Below are positions 60,000 to 60,965 of a DNA stretch of 60,965 bases, one piece after another. Source of the DNA: Candidatus Bathyarchaeia archaeon (GTDB lineage Archaea; Thermoproteota; Bathyarchaeia; Bathyarchaeales; Bathycorpusculaceae). The translations under genes and the position numbers were made by a program. Every line of letters starts with the position of its first letter. The first letter of the stretch is position 1. Below the pieces are notes generated by a model, which did no database searches, was not told the DNA's origin, and saw only the letters and a list, made by a program, of their open reading frames with translations. Where the stretch lies: contig JAVZNC010000007.1 of the NCBI GenBank assembly GCA_038882955.1, positions 1-60,965 of the forward strand, written 5' to 3'.

Positions 60000-60965
60000 A
60001 CGCTCACCCTAACCTTACCCGTTAAAAGTAAGTCCATTACGCGCCTTTTCATTCGAACAAGTTTCTCTCTTTTTTCTTTCTTGAAACGCAGAATGTTATC
60101 GATGTTGGAAAGAATTTCGGCAATCCGTTGTTGTTCATTCAATGGCGGAAGTGGAAATTCAAATTTTTGAAAATCTTTCTGAAACAAGTGGGAAAGTGTT
60201 GAGCCAGCCTTGAGGACGTTTATGAATTTTTCAAAGAATTCGGACTGCATTACATAAAACATATACTTTGGAAGGTATGTATTTTCTAAAGGTCTAATGA
60301 CGAATACGCCCGTGCCGAGTGTGGCTTTTTTCGGCAATTTATCTACAAAAGCAACTTTCCCTATAGATCCATCTTTTGTGATTAAAACATCATTTTCTCT
60401 TAATTGGATGTATGGATCTTGCTGATATCTTTCTCTGGATATGTAAACGCATTTTTCCCAGACTACTTTTCCATCTTCGAATTCGGTGCCTCTCACGAGG
60501 TAATACTCGCCGTTTTTTAAGTATTCTTCTGCCTTTAGTCCATGCCATCCTATTCTGCCCTTGATCATTGAAGTTTCTAATAGATTTTTAACTCGCCATT
60601 CAGTTGGTATAACGTACTCCTTAAATGCAATTTTTACACGTTTGAATTCTTTGTGTCCTATTCCTTTTGTTAGTAGCTGTTGCATTAGTCCCTTCTTTAA
60701 ACGTTCAGCCCTCGCAATAGCCTCATCAACCTTCTGAACCGCCAAATCAACCGCAAAAAGAACCTCAACAATCCTCTCTTGTTCAGGAAGCCGCGGTTTA
60801 GGAACTTTGATATTTTCAAGCATAGTTTTGGAAAGTTCTTTAAACGTGCTTCCTCCACTTAAGTTTTGAAGCATCTCTTTTTTGAGTAGAAAGTAGTAGG
60901 CATAAAACAACGAGTGGACTTCTTTATTTCTTGGAATTAAGCCTTTACAACCTTGATTAAAGGTT
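59996..60965 (-). CDS. hsdS: Type I RM specificity subunit S (5' truncated by window)
   Basis: Two PxLxEQxRI conserved regions, [26 protein letters not shown]. Confidence 0.93.
   Translation of the reverse strand, partial: TFNQGCKGLIPRNKEVHSLFYAYYFLLKKEMLQNLSGGSTFKELSKTMLENIKVPKPRLPEQERIVEVLFAVDLAVQKVDEAIARAERLKKGLMQQLLTKGIGHKEFKRVKIAFKEYVIPTEWRVKNLLETSMIKGRIGWHGLKAEEYLKNGEYYLVRGTEFEDGKVVWEKCVYISRERYQQDPYIQLRENDVLITKDGSIGKVAFVDKLPKKATLGTGVFVIRPLENTYLPKYMFYVMQSEFFEKFINVLKAGSTLSHLFQKDFQKFEFPLPPLNEQQRIAEILSNIDNILRFKKEKREKLVRMKRRVMDLLLTGKVRVSV

Larger units (their letters stand above)
51739..60965. mobile_element. tRNA-Leu-adjacent integrative defence island (right end outside window)
   Basis: The integrase operon starts 46 bp after the tRNA 3' end and is followed by pAgo and Type I RM genes. 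No second att copy is visible in the window. Confidence 0.75.

Overview
Archaeal chromosomal window, most likely Bathyarchaeia/TACK. This is inferred from gatDE, eS30, a CdvA-like gene, intron-containing tRNAs with BHB motifs and a dockerin-tailed binding protein. Accessory DNA lies at both ends. On the left (1-7.7 kb) are surface proteins, a Type IIG restriction-modification enzyme and a decayed integrase. On the right (51.7 kb to the window end) is an element integrated next to tRNA-Leu(CAG). It carries an intact tyrosine integrase, a two-gene short prokaryotic Argonaute system (an atypical PD-(D/E)xK-like nuclease fused to APAZ, plus a catalytically dead MID-PIWI pAgo with a PIP-box-like insert) and a Type I RM system. 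The core region holds a TPP-riboswitch-led cytX-thiDN-thiW-NTPase operon, valS, tRNA-Lys (1 intron), tRNA-Tyr (2 introns), hutH, Sm, RIO2, thiI, pyrH, ABC exporters, a stand-alone NurA-HerA pair with four paralogous winged-helix proteins nearby, gatDE and elp3. Several genes are frameshifted or internally deleted. All calls come from motif reading by eye; no searches were run.
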